From the NCBI GenBank assembly GCA_037310415.1, contig CP147780.1, forward strand, positions 480,001-544,000: DNA of 64,000 nucleotides, written 5' to 3'. Below the pieces are notes generated by a model that saw only the letters and a program-made list of their open reading frames with translations, searched no databases and was not told the DNA's origin. Below, one piece after another: positions 38,973 to 49,102 of this stretch (position 1 is the stretch's first letter; every line of letters starts with the position of its first letter). This stretch comes from Candidatus Atabeyarchaeum deiterrae (GTDB lineage: Archaea; Asgardarchaeota; Atabeyarchaeia; Atabeyarchaeales; Atabeyarchaeaceae). A program made the translations under genes and the position numbers.

Positions 38973-39926
38973 ATGGAACTCAAATCCCTAATCGAGATTA
39001 CGCGTCCGCATAATTGCCTAATGGGCGGGCTCACTTGTGTCGTAGGAGTGCTAGCCACGAACAGGGTTTATTCCCTTAATTTGGGCAGCCTTCCCCCAGC
39101 GACTTTCCTAACAAATCTTGGTTTGCTGTTTCCATCTAGACTTGTTGAAACCCTCGTCCTAACCTACCTCGTGTATGTTTTCATCGCCGCTGCTGGAAAC
39201 ATAATCAATGATATTTACGATGTCGAAGTGGACAAGGTCAATAAGCCGAGCCGTCCGTTGCCACGTGGGGCATTGACACTGAGGCAAGCTAAAGCACTAA
39301 CGGTGATACTTTGGTTCATTGGAGGCGCTCTAGCATTTGCCACGAGTCTGATAGCTGGTTTCATGGCGATGCTGTTTGCCGCATTTGGATACATATATGC
39401 CGCAAGAGTGAAGGCGTTGGGAGTTGTTGGTAATGTTGCGGTGGCTTCAAGCTTCAGTTTTGGGATGTTCTACGGAGCAGTCGTATCGACCGAATCCAGA
39501 AGCTACTTTGCTCTTCTCAGCGCGGATTCTTTCCTGTTTGTGCCGCTTATTATTTGGATCTACTTTTTGACATCCACGTTTGTCCTGTTCGGTAGGGAAG
39601 TCATCAAGGGGATAGAGGATCTACGAGGAGACAAATTGAGGTCTGTGAAGACAATCGCTCGTCAGCATGGGACTAAGACGGCAGCCCTAATTGCGGCAAC
39701 CTCCAACATTCTTGGAATTGTGTTCTTCAATCTGAGTTGGCTCATGGATCAGACGAAGCTTCTGACAGTCCCGTTGTTGGTTATTGGAAGTCTGGCCGTG
39801 CTTGGTTCATCGATAATTGTGTTGAGAAAGTATCAGAACCGAAAGCAACAGGGCAGGGCAAGTCTATTCGATAAGTTGGGGGGGTTCTGCGGACTGCTTG
39901 AGTTCTTACTTGTGAACATCCTTTGA
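38973..39926 (+). CDS. UbiA-family prenyltransferase (DGGGP synthase-like)
   Basis: TRPHNC, INDIYDVEVDKVNKPSRPLPRG, REVIKGIEDLRGD; likely start MELKSL at 38973. Confidence 0.92.
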   Translation: MELKSLIEITRPHNCLMGGLTCVVGVLATNRVYSLNLGSLPPATFLTNLGLLFPSRLVETLVLTYLVYVFIAAAGNIINDIYDVEVDKVNKPSRPLPRGALTLRQAKALTVILWFIGGALAFATSLIAGFMAMLFAAFGYIYAARVKALGVVGNVAVASSFSFGMFYGAVVSTESRSYFALLSADSFLFVPLIIWIYFLTSTFVLFGREVIKGIEDLRGDKLRSVKTIARQHGTKTAALIAATSNILGIVFFNLSWLMDQTKLLTVPLLVIGSLAVLGSSIIVLRKYQNRKQQGRASLFDKLGGFCGLLEFLLVNIL

Positions 39927-39927
39927 G

Positions 39928-40905
39928 TTATCGTTGCGTTGAATCATGAGATGACTCGACGACTGGGACGCTACGACGTAACCGATCCGCGTGTAGGTTT
40001 GCAGCTTTTATAGTTGTGCGCAGTACTTTGAGCGCCCACTCTGCTTCGTCTGGGGTGGCATCCTCTGAGTTTCTCGCGAATTTGTTCCGTAACCTTCGCA
40101 GTCTTATGATGTCACTACCTCGGACACACATGCCGTCTGATTCTAGGTTTGCCAGTTGTTCTTCCAATGTCATGGGATCATCTAGTGCATCAGGGTGAGA
40201 CTTGAGTAGCTTGGATACAATGATCTGCTGTATTCCTCCGTCACAAGATTCTACACAGGATCGGTATCGCCCTTCTCTCAGCAACTTCACGGCCTTCTTC
40301 AGCGGGCGTTTCCTTGAGTTAGAAGAGAGGATTTTTGTCTCCTGGGATGAAGCGTTGTCTGGATCAGCATTCTTTGCAGGATCAGCGCATCCATATATGT
40401 TGCTCAGGTGTCTTGAGTCGAACAAGTTCTGCAATCTAGGACGAAGATGTTTGTGAAAGGCGACTAGCGTAACTATTAGTAGCCCAAAATAGGTTGCCGC
40501 CGACAAATCATCCATTAGCAGATATGCGAACAATGCGTACCCGAGTTCGGGATTCGCAATATAGATTGATGCCAGAAAATACTGCAATGTCGCAAGAACC
40601 AAGCATAGTGATGTCGCAGGGATCCAGAATCTCTCTGTTATTGCCGGAAACAACAGGTAGCTCACTGAAAGGCAGAAGTAGTATGTGAGGCTTGTGAACA
40701 GTACCTTCTCAATGGTTGCAGAATTGACTGAAGTTATGCCGATCAGAAATAGCGGCAGGAGAACAATCAGTACAAGATTGAATGAAAGAAAGAACAACAG
40801 TGTCCGGGAATGACTCTTTCGTGCCTTCGCCAGAATGAATGAAGCTAAAGATGAGGAGACGATTAAAGCGATGATGCAAGAAGATGACAATTCAGTATAG
40901 ACCAA
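39928..40905 (-). CDS. Multi-TM membrane protein with C-terminal HEPN-like helical domain
   Basis: ~5 N-terminal TM helices; C-terminal AVKLL..G.Y.......IQ..I / L.RLRNKFAR....T..EA pattern. Confidence 0.6.
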   Translation of the reverse strand: MVYTELSSSCIIALIVSSSLASFILAKARKSHSRTLLFFLSFNLVLIVLLPLFLIGITSVNSATIEKVLFTSLTYYFCLSVSYLLFPAITERFWIPATSLCLVLATLQYFLASIYIANPELGYALFAYLLMDDLSAATYFGLLIVTLVAFHKHLRPRLQNLFDSRHLSNIYGCADPAKNADPDNASSQETKILSSNSRKRPLKKAVKLLREGRYRSCVESCDGGIQQIIVSKLLKSHPDALDDPMTLEEQLANLESDGMCVRGSDIIRLRRLRNKFARNSEDATPDEAEWALKVLRTTIKAANLHADRLRRSVPVVESSHDSTQR

Positions 40906-40960
40906 TCAGCACGACCCTAGGTCTAGTTTAAAATGAAACTAATTAAAGGCAACCAATGCA

Positions 40961-41626
40961 TTATTGCTTTTCTTTCTCTTTCTTGGACTTGGCCGGAGGC
41001 TCGCTTGCATCAAGTTCTCTCTTTAGTTGTTCAAGATCTTTCTCTATTTCTTCCCGTTCTGTACTCCTGCTGGCGGATGGAACTTTCGGTAACTGACCAG
41101 ACTCTTCCATCGCGACCTCGGCTTCTAGTTTCTCAAGCTCACCGTCAACGCCAGCTTCATCCTCATATGCTCCGAGACCAGAACTCAGTATCTCAGATGT
41201 CTGTTCCACACTGCGCATCAGTGACTCATTCTTAGCAATCTGCTCAATTGATTTTTCCACATCGACCAATTTCTGTGCTTGTACGAGTTCTCTCGCTGTG
41301 AGATCGAGCGCTTTAGACATCTCAACATCGTCAGAAGCGCTTTCAATGGCTTGAATCGAGTCCTCAAGACTGGCCCGCATGCGATCATATCTATTCATTA
41401 ACATCTGGTACCGCTGCCACCTGGCCAAATAGAACTTTGCAGCAGCCTTGTTCCGGTGTCTAATGCTGTCTTTGCTCTTCTCATAGTACTCCATTGCCTG
41501 TCTCTCAAAGCTGCGGCTCCTAAATGTCAATTTGTTGATACTCGATCTTACTTGTGCTATGCTCTCATCTTTGCTCTTCTTCTTCTTCCCGAAGATTCTC
41601 GCAATGAGGTCGCTCAAACCATCCAC
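40961..41626 (-). CDS. ESCRT-III subunit, Vps20/32/60 (Snf7) class
   Basis: Amphipathic N-terminus LIARIFGKKKK, NKAAAK..L, LE.SIQAIESA, acidic ELEKLE and LPKVP tail. Confidence 0.88.
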   Translation of the reverse strand: MDGLSDLIARIFGKKKKSKDESIAQVRSSINKLTFRSRSFERQAMEYYEKSKDSIRHRNKAAAKFYLARWQRYQMLMNRYDRMRASLEDSIQAIESASDDVEMSKALDLTARELVQAQKLVDVEKSIEQIAKNESLMRSVEQTSEILSSGLGAYEDEAGVDGELEKLEAEVAMEESGQLPKVPSASRSTEREEIEKDLEQLKRELDASEPPAKSKKEKEKQ

Positions 41627-41653
41627 CCGCTTCTACTCATTTTTCCATGGACA

Positions 41654-42265
41654 TCATTGTACCTTTGACTCTTTCAATTTCTTAATCTCTTTCTCAAGCT
41701 CAGACTCTTTCCCACTGGGGACAGGGAGAGAAGTCGTTGCCTCCACTTCTGCATCAATCTGTTCCATGGCTTGTTTCACATCTTCGGATGTTACCGTCGT
41801 CGAAGCGATCGCTCTATCCACGCTACTCTCCGTTACTTCCTGTGCCAGTTCAACATGCTGAAGTTCTTTGTCGATATCATTCACAGCCTCAGCGATGTCT
41901 GGAACATTCACCGCAGTCCTTAGATCCTTGAGCATACCCCTGACTTGACCTAGGATCTCCGCAACGTCCTTCGCCATCTGCGACTGGCGCATCCTGAAAA
42001 CCATACCTTCGATTCTAAGCCTGTACATGTCGACTCCCAAGTACCATTTCTGATAGCGCAAGTATTGCTCGATGTATAGTTTGGATGCAGCTTCATTTCC
42101 TTCTTTTCTATATTGCAAGGCCTTCTCCCTATTGCGCCTCGCTTCAGTCTCAAGTTGTCTACGCTGGAATTCTAGCTTCTTGCAGAATATGTCCATATTG
42201 ATTATCAGTTTCTGGAAGTCCGATCCTTTGAGCCACTGGGCAAATCGTTTCAACATCGATGGCAA
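41654..42265 (-). CDS. ESCRT-III subunit, Vps2/24/46 class
   Basis: Amphipathic N-terminus, GNEAASKLY.EQYLR, RIEGM..RM, LPVP and a MIM-like ELEKEIKKLKE tail. Confidence 0.88.
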   Translation of the reverse strand: MPSMLKRFAQWLKGSDFQKLIINMDIFCKKLEFQRRQLETEARRNREKALQYRKEGNEAASKLYIEQYLRYQKWYLGVDMYRLRIEGMVFRMRQSQMAKDVAEILGQVRGMLKDLRTAVNVPDIAEAVNDIDKELQHVELAQEVTESSVDRAIASTTVTSEDVKQAMEQIDAEVEATTSLPVPSGKESELEKEIKKLKESKVQ

Positions 42266-42490
42266 AAAGTCTCACCTACTATATCAAACAGAATCCTTTA
42301 AAATAAACCTTTTCGTATATGAATGAAAGTATATAAGGCAATCATAACGTCTCTCATAATTGCTGTCATAACTGGGCAGTCTCGAATGTCTCGAGCAAAA
42401 ATGAATCTGACAGGACTGTGCGCCGATTCCGCACCTTCCACTTCCCAGGAATTCTAATTGTATCTCAAAGATTGAAGTGAGTCAGTTCAA

Positions 42491-43108
42491 ATGGGCAGAG
42501 CAGCAGCGATACTCGCTGGAGGGGAATCGCAAAGACTAAAGACCAAGTCGTTGGTGATGTTGGCCGGAAAGCCGATGATCCTCCGCATAATAGATGAATG
42601 TAGATCTGTTACAGATGAAGTTCTGGTCATCGTCAATTCCCAAGAACAGATGAATTCGATTGCCCGCTTAGTCGGAGAGACAGACGCCAGAATCATAGTA
42701 GATAGGAGTGAATCGTTTCAAAGCCCGTTACTTGGAGCGCATACAGCATTTGAGAACTCGAGGCAGGAACTCACCCTTCTACTTCCTTGTGACACGCCGC
42801 TCATCAAGACGCAAGTCTTGGAGTTACTCTTCTCCATGGTTAGCGGGTGGGACGCAGTCGTTCCCAGGCATCCCAATGGACATATCGAGCCTCTTCATGC
42901 AGTCTACAGAACCGGCGTAGCCCTCAAATCAGCTGAGGATGCTCTTTCGTCTGGCGAGAGGTCCATGAGAGATCTTATAATCAAGCTAAGAGTGCTGTAC
43001 CTCTCAACAGAAACCATAAGGCAGCTCGATCCTGAACTAGAAAGCTTCACGAACGTGAATACTCCTGCTCAGCTGAAACAACTTGAGGCGAGAATCACAC
43101 ATCATTAA
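42491..43108 (+). CDS. mobA: Molybdenum cofactor guanylyltransferase
   Basis: ILAGGESQR, PLLG, CDTP, EPLHAVY, FTNVNTP. Confidence 0.92.
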   Translation: MGRAAAILAGGESQRLKTKSLVMLAGKPMILRIIDECRSVTDEVLVIVNSQEQMNSIARLVGETDARIIVDRSESFQSPLLGAHTAFENSRQELTLLLPCDTPLIKTQVLELLFSMVSGWDAVVPRHPNGHIEPLHAVYRTGVALKSAEDALSSGERSMRDLIIKLRVLYLSTETIRQLDPELESFTNVNTPAQLKQLEARITHH

Positions 43109-43122
43109 CGCAAGGTGTTCGT

Positions 43123-43896
43123 ATGAGACCCTCCACACCTCCCTCCAAGATCGACATAATAGGGATTGAGGGGATCCCAGAAATAAAGAAAGGCGATAAC
43201 CTGCCAAAAATAATATGTGAAGCGATTGAAAAGCAGCATACCCCTCTTGAAGAGGGGGACATAGTTGTCGTAACCAGCAAAGTCGTGTCCCTGTCCGAGG
43301 GAAAGATAATTGATTTGAGTACTATAAAACCTTCACAGTTCGCCAGAAAGGTGGCAGAGGTATTAGAAAAGGATCCAAGGCAAGTTGAAGTAATACTAGG
43401 GGAGACCAAGTCTATAGTGAGGATGACTCGGAAGCATCTCATAGTCGAGACCAAGAATGGATTTGTTTGCGCAAATGCGGGGGTGGATAAGTCAAACGTC
43501 AGAGGAGAAAACATGGTGGTAGCATTACCAGAGGACCCAGATCTATCAGCAAGAATGATTAGGGAGGGTATCAAGGAAATCAACGGAGTGAATGTCGCTG
43601 TCGTCATTGCAGATACGTTTGGAAGGTCTTTGAGAAAAGGCGTGACCAACGTCGCAATAGGAGTAGCAGGGATATCGCCAATCTTGGACTTGCGTGGAAC
43701 CGATGACATGTATGGATACAGACTTCGAGTCACACAGATCGCCGTGGCCGATGAATTGGCAGCTTCCGCAGAACTAGTTATGGGAAAGACCAACTGGATT
43801 GCAGCAGTGATAATCCGAGGCTACAAATACATCACAAATAGCGATGCTACGGCAAAGGAGCTTACCCTGCCCGAAGGGGAAGACGTGTTCAGGTAG
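43123..43896 (+). CDS. cofE: Coenzyme F420-0:L-glutamate ligase
   Basis: TSKVVSLSEG, CANAGVDKSN, LPEDPD.SA, DTFGR, ADELAA. Confidence 0.95.
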   Translation: MRPSTPPSKIDIIGIEGIPEIKKGDNLPKIICEAIEKQHTPLEEGDIVVVTSKVVSLSEGKIIDLSTIKPSQFARKVAEVLEKDPRQVEVILGETKSIVRMTRKHLIVETKNGFVCANAGVDKSNVRGENMVVALPEDPDLSARMIREGIKEINGVNVAVVIADTFGRSLRKGVTNVAIGVAGISPILDLRGTDDMYGYRLRVTQIAVADELAASAELVMGKTNWIAAVIIRGYKYITNSDATAKELTLPEGEDVFR

Positions 43897-43919
43897 CCAA
43901 CGAAGCACTTAAGAAACAT

Positions 43920-44930
43920 TCATTTTTGCATGAGCATGGCACAGTAGCCAACTATAGCGTCTCTCGATCCTTGTGTGTCATAGGATGTTGCGTATTTCAC
44001 AAGTTCGGCTTTGGATACACCAAATGCTTTTGCAGCGACTATTGCGGTTGCTACTGGAGCATACCCACACATTGTCATTTGCTTCTCTCTAACAACACCG
44101 AGGAAACTTCTTTCGTTAAGAGATTGAATTGATTTGATGGCTTCACCATCGGTATTCCTTACCCAAGTCAACACTTTCTCAATCGGAGACATTCCCACTG
44201 GTGCATAGCCGTAAGTAGAACCATAATGAGTCATGTCTGTGCTTGCTATGACGACTACATCTTTTTCTGTCTCTTTTGCTGTTTCGGCTATGGCATTGCC
44301 TATTTCCGTGCATGTTTCCAGATCACTTAGAGAGGTAGCTATTGGGACTATCCTGAGTTTGTCGCCGTAAAGAGATTGAAGGAATGGCAGTTGGACTTCC
44401 AAGGAATGTTCTTCTTCGTGAACCGAAGGATCGTCGGCGATAATCTCTGCGTGACTCAGTAACGCAGTGGCGAACTCTTCGTCAATTTGCGTATCGCCAA
44501 GAGGAGTTCGCCACGCACCTTTCTTCATTATGCCTACACCAGCTCCGTACCCGTGAATGGGACCTATCATAACGAAAGTCTGAGGAATACCGTCGAGTGC
44601 TATTCGGTGATAAAGCGATGCTGCGACAGGTCCAGAGTATATGTACCCCGCATGGGGTGAAACTCCCACGACTATCTTCCTAGAACCAGTCTGGTTAACC
44701 TTGGGAATAGAACCCGGGCCTTGTTTGCTTAAGTAACAGCTGTTAATGGTCTCAAGCAAAGTCTTGCGATCACCAGGATAGAATCCAATCGCACACGGCA
44801 TTCTGAGGAATCTGTGGCTCTTGTCTGCTGAACCTAACATTGCCTGCGTCCTCCGTCTTTCATTGCCAGATTGAAAGTCGTTTGCGCTTTTTGGGCTGAT
44901 AATTAGATGAATGGTGCCTAATATATTCAT
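43920..44930 (-). CDS. MEMO1 family protein (AmmeMemoRadiSam protein B); start likely downstream of the called one
   Basis: PHAGYIYSG, TPLG, EHSLEVQLPFLQ, ASTDMTHYG, MCG. Confidence 0.93.
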   Translation of the reverse strand: MNILGTIHLIISPKSANDFQSGNERRRTQAMLGSADKSHRFLRMPCAIGFYPGDRKTLLETINSCYLSKQGPGSIPKVNQTGSRKIVVGVSPHAGYIYSGPVAASLYHRIALDGIPQTFVMIGPIHGYGAGVGIMKKGAWRTPLGDTQIDEEFATALLSHAEIIADDPSVHEEEHSLEVQLPFLQSLYGDKLRIVPIATSLSDLETCTEIGNAIAETAKETEKDVVVIASTDMTHYGSTYGYAPVGMSPIEKVLTWVRNTDGEAIKSIQSLNERSFLGVVREKQMTMCGYAPVATAIVAAKAFGVSKAELVKYATSYDTQGSRDAIVGYCAMLMQK

Positions 44931-44955
44931 ATTGAGAACAGACTCATTCCTTGAA

Positions 44956-45504
44956 CTAGTGTCGCCTTATTTTTCTGGATGCAGCTATTTTCCTTTTCAA
45001 TTTGGTACCACAAACTGGGCAGACATCTAGCCTTGGCGAAGGATAATATTCTCTGTAGCAACCCGAGCATTTGAGATTCCAATTATATCGACGGCGAATC
45101 CCTTTTTCAACATAGGGTTGATATGAAAGACCCAGCATTTCAGCTATGTTCTGGATCCCGTAGTCGTCTGTAACCAATACTGGCATATAATTCATACGTT
45201 TTAGTTCAAGTGCCAGAGCTAGTAGAGACCTATCAGCTGATGAAAGAGATGTTTCTCCAGCTTTCTTGGCGGTCTCATCTACTAGCTTCAACGAAGTCTC
45301 ATTCGGAGCCATCACTTCTATGGAAGCTTTATTGAGGAGGGGAAGTGAAGTGGAAGAATCAACTGTCTCATTGGGCAATTCGCTCAATACCTCTGATGTC
45401 GTGAATATTGATGCATCGGCCACGTGACCAGCAAATCCGCTTAGAATCGCGCATGTATCTAGCACCAGCACCAATCTTCCTTTTCCGTCAAGCCCTGACA
45501 TCAA
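44956..45504 (-). CDS. nob1: Nob1 endonuclease (PIN plus Zn ribbon)
   Basis: VLDT, LSSAD..LLALA, TDDYGIQN, CxxC...CPVCG. Confidence 0.93.
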   Translation of the reverse strand: MMSGLDGKGRLVLVLDTCAILSGFAGHVADASIFTTSEVLSELPNETVDSSTSLPLLNKASIEVMAPNETSLKLVDETAKKAGETSLSSADRSLLALALELKRMNYMPVLVTDDYGIQNIAEMLGLSYQPYVEKGIRRRYNWNLKCSGCYREYYPSPRLDVCPVCGTKLKRKIAASRKIRRH

Positions 45505-45592
45505 AAGTCAAGCCACACCAACTTACGTTCATCACTTGGTTTTTTTTTTTGAAAAGACTTGGTCCCCATTATTGGAGGGATAGGAGCTAACG

Positions 45593-46414
45593 TCACTTTA
45601 CAGAACTGATGTTCAACCTGCGCTTCAGACGCTCATAGAAGTTCCACCCTGTTCGCAGGAAAGTCACCGTTCTCTTGGATTTCGAGATCTTGATTTCATT
45701 GACTCCTGATAGACGCTTTTGATATGCCCCATCAATGAGCGTCATGAGATCACTTTCATTAAGTAGTTTGATTGTGATGGTAGCGCTAGATGGAACTATG
45801 TAGGGTTTGAAATTTGTCGAAAGAGCACATATTGGAACCACTATCATCGCTTCCAATCGCGGGTCCACAAGATTTGCGCCAGCGCTAAGAGCGTATGCAG
45901 ATGCCCCCGTATTGGTTGATACTATTATACCATCCAGTCTATCCTTAGCCATGAAGAATTGATCCACTTGGACCTCCAATTCAACTGGATGGGAAGGCAA
46001 GGGGCAACCCAATCTGATTTCGTTCAGTGCGATTTGAGTTTCAAGATTGCTCTCCAATGTGAAGCATACGTCTTTCACGTATTCGCCTCTCAGCAATTTG
46101 TCCAGTGCTTCCTTGGACTTGTCCCAGTCTGCGTCACAGAGAAAGCCAACGGTTCCCATTCTAATCGGGAAAATCGGGATCAATCCGTCGGTCATATGAA
46201 CGGCGCGGAGAACTGTCCCATCTCCGCCGATGGTTATTAGCAGTTCAACATCAAAGTCTCTTGTGATCTTCTCCATGTGTTTCAGTTTGTCGGCAATCTC
46301 TTCATCTAATCTTACCGTGATCCCTTTTTTTTCGAGATGTGAACTGATCTCTTTTGTCAGGTTAATGGCTTCAACCTTGTCTGTCCTGGAGATGATGGCA
46401 ACACTCTTGAACAA
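45593..46414 (-). CDS. nadK: NAD kinase
   Basis: GGDGT, GFL, ALNE, DG..VST.TG.SAY.LSAG. Confidence 0.93.
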   Translation of the reverse strand: MFKSVAIISRTDKVEAINLTKEISSHLEKKGITVRLDEEIADKLKHMEKITRDFDVELLITIGGDGTVLRAVHMTDGLIPIFPIRMGTVGFLCDADWDKSKEALDKLLRGEYVKDVCFTLESNLETQIALNEIRLGCPLPSHPVELEVQVDQFFMAKDRLDGIIVSTNTGASAYALSAGANLVDPRLEAMIVVPICALSTNFKPYIVPSSATITIKLLNESDLMTLIDGAYQKRLSGVNEIKISKSKRTVTFLRTGWNFYERLKRRLNISSVK

Positions 46415-46690
46415 GAATCGTAATCACCTTGCGTGCAGTCCCATGTAAGGGATAATACAGATGGTTCAGAATGTTTGAGAAACAGTGAACTGATTAATAC
46501 TTTTCTCAAAACTAATACCTTGATTTTACGCTTATAATTCTTGCCTAGATTGTTCTGGAGAAGACCTCATTGACCTCGCTATTTGAGTGAGCGAAGCGAA
46601 ACTCTTAAGAAGGATGGCACTTTTTAACCTTCTATTAACTCGCCATATGTGTTTGATTCTGCTTCTGATGGATTTCAGGAAGTGGCTCGG

Positions 46691-47086
46691 TTGAGTAAGA
46701 AACCTGTCGACGCTGGAAGCCTAAAAGAAGGGCATTATGTAATCATTGACGGAGAACCAAGCAAAGTAGTCAGCATTGACAAGGGTAAAACCGGGAAGCA
46801 CGGGCATTCAAAAGCTCACATCGTGGCGATAGGGCTGTTTAACAATTCCAAAAGAAGTCTAGTGCTACCAGTTGACTCCAAAGTTGATGTTCCAATAATC
46901 GACAAGCGAGTCGCACAAGTCATCTCAATGTCTGGCAACGCCTTAATGCTTATGGACATGGAGAAATACGACAACTTCGAGGTTAACAAATCCGAGGTTG
47001 AGATAGCTGAAAAACTTGAAGTAGGGGATCAGGTAGAATACTGGGACGCCATGGGAAAGAAGAAGGTAATACGTTCAAAAAGCTAA
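46691..47086 (+). CDS. eif5a: Translation factor aIF5A
   Basis: KTGKHGHSK hypusination loop; likely TTG start at 46691. Confidence 0.96.
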   Translation: MSKKPVDAGSLKEGHYVIIDGEPSKVVSIDKGKTGKHGHSKAHIVAIGLFNNSKRSLVLPVDSKVDVPIIDKRVAQVISMSGNALMLMDMEKYDNFEVNKSEVEIAEKLEVGDQVEYWDAMGKKKVIRSKS

Positions 47087-47138
47087 GTCCTGAACTAACG
47101 TGAATGAAATGCGCCCTGCTGATCCAAGACCTCTTTCT

Positions 47139-47537
47139 TTACGGTTCGAGGGCTTCCTCGATTTTCTTTGCATATTCTCTCAAGATACGAATAACAAGTC
47201 CAAGGTTTGCTTCCTCAGAGCCTGCACCTATAAGCAGGAGCCTTGGTCCTGCACTCGTAAGGATAGTATAGCCGCCAGCTCCTCTCACTATTACTTCCCA
47301 AAGGGATCCTTGTTCCATCTTCTGAACACTCATTTCACCCATACTCAACAGAGCTGCAGATAGAGCGGAAAGCAAGTCAGGGTCAACTTCTCTTCGAGCA
47401 AAGAATGCAACTCTTCTCCCCTCCCTGCTTATTAACGCTATTGCCTCGAGATCAATATCATTGGAGATTTTCTCAAGTAGTTTGCCAATGCGCTGTTCAG
47501 TCGATTTGTCAAACATGTAACCACCAGATGCGGCCAA
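47139..47537 (-). CDS. Roadblock/LC7 domain protein
   Basis: ALISREG, LSALSAALLSMGE, ANLGL. Confidence 0.9.
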   Translation of the reverse strand: MAASGGYMFDKSTEQRIGKLLEKISNDIDLEAIALISREGRRVAFFARREVDPDLLSALSAALLSMGEMSVQKMEQGSLWEVIVRGAGGYTILTSAGPRLLLIGAGSEEANLGLVIRILREYAKKIEEALEP

Positions 47538-47734
47538 CAGAACCGCCCCACGTAACTATTATATGTTCTGGCTTATATTTAGAGATGTAATTTAGGACCC
47601 CAATCATTTCGCACTGCGGGTACGATGCTTACAGAATAATCTGAAGGTATATGAACTTGCCCTCAGGTTGGATTCTCACCGAAGTTGTTGTGCAACGCCA
47701 TTGACTATGATTTGAACGCAAAGAGGAATCAGAT

Positions 47735-49102
47735 TTGTCTGTATTTCAGAAGCTTGGAGAAGCACTTCATTCAGCACTGAAAAAGCTGACTGGGTCAGCA
47801 TTGGTTGATGAGAAAGCAGTAAAGGAGCTCACAAGAGACATTCAGCGCGCCCTTCTACAGTCAGATGTCAATGTCGAACTTGTACTCGAGCTTTCCAAAA
47901 GAATCGAGGACAGAGCATTATCAGAGAAACTTCCTCCAGGCATTACCAGGCGGGAGCACATAGTCAAAGTTGTTTATGAAGAATTGACGAGAATACTTGG
48001 GGACAAAAATGCTCCGTTGGAGTTGCACACTGACAAACCAAATGTTCTAGTCCTCGTTGGCATCCAAGGTTCGGGCAAAACTACATCGATCGGAAAACTG
48101 GCTAGGTACCTTACCAAGAAAGGGCATAAGACAGGAATCGTAGCAGGCGACACCTTCCGTCTCGGAGCCTACGAGCAACTCAAACAGATCTCTGAGCAAA
48201 TTGAAGTCCCAATATTCGGCGAACCGAAGGAGAAGAACTCAATCAAGGTGATAAAACAGGGAGTCGACAGCTTCAGGAAACAGGGTTATCAAGTGATCTT
48301 GGTGGATACCGCTGGGAGACACAAAGAAGAAAGCTCCCTAATGAAGGAAATGAGAGAAGTAGTCGAAGCTGTTAAGCCAGACGAGGTTATTCTCGTACTG
48401 GATGGGACTGTAGGTCAGCAGGCAGCAGTTCAAGCCAGAGCCTTCAAAGAGAACACAAAGGTCGGCTCAATACTTGTGACGAAACTCGACGGATCGGCAA
48501 AAGGAGGAGGAGCGCTCAGTGCTGTCGCAGCGACAGGTGTACCCATAAAGTTCATCGGTACAGGAGAGAAAATGGATGACCTCGAGAAGTTTAACCCTCA
48601 AGGTTTCGTCGGAAGGCTGCTGGGTGTCGCCGACATCGAAGCGCTCGTGGAGAAAGTCAAGGAAGCAGAGGTAACTCCGACCAAGGAACGGGTACAGACT
48701 TTTCTGAAAGGCAAGATCACTCTTACAGACTTCTATGACCAGATAAAGAACTTTGGGAAAATCGGAACAATGGACAAGCTTCTAGGGTATATGGGACTGG
48801 GACCGAAGCTTCCAAAAGATGCCCAAGAAGCCGCAGAACTTAGGATACAGAGATGGAAAGCTATAATGCAGTCCATGACGAAGGAAGAACTTAACAATCC
48901 GAAGATAATAGGTGGCACAAGGGTAACTCGGATTGCGCGCGGGTCAGGCACGGTGCCGAAAGATGTCAAGGATCTTCTTAAACAATTCTTCGCCTCACAG
49001 AAGATGATGAAATCACTCGGACGCAGAAGAGGAATGGGCAAGATACCTGGAGTTCCCGATGCTCTGCAAGCCAAACGATTCGCAAAGGATGAACGAAGTT
49101 GA
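47735..49102 (+). CDS. srp54: Signal recognition particle protein SRP54
   Basis: GIQGSGKTT, DTFR, DTAGRH, TKLDGSAKGGGALS, M domain. Confidence 0.98.
   Translation: MSVFQKLGEALHSALKKLTGSALVDEKAVKELTRDIQRALLQSDVNVELVLELSKRIEDRALSEKLPPGITRREHIVKVVYEELTRILGDKNAPLELHTDKPNVLVLVGIQGSGKTTSIGKLARYLTKKGHKTGIVAGDTFRLGAYEQLKQISEQIEVPIFGEPKEKNSIKVIKQGVDSFRKQGYQVILVDTAGRHKEESSLMKEMREVVEAVKPDEVILVLDGTVGQQAAVQARAFKENTKVGSILVTKLDGSAKGGGALSAVAATGVPIKFIGTGEKMDDLEKFNPQGFVGRLLGVADIEALVEKVKEAEVTPTKERVQTFLKGKITLTDFYDQIKNFGKIGTMDKLLGYMGLGPKLPKDAQEAAELRIQRWKAIMQSMTKEELNNPKIIGGTRVTRIARGSGTVPKDVKDLLKQFFASQKMMKSLGRRRGMGKIPGVPDALQAKRFAKDERS

Noticed and set aside
28474-43896. comB plus cofE as evidence of methanogenesis or alkane metabolism
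   Set aside because: Both families are widespread outside methanogens, and no mcr or other com genes are in the window.
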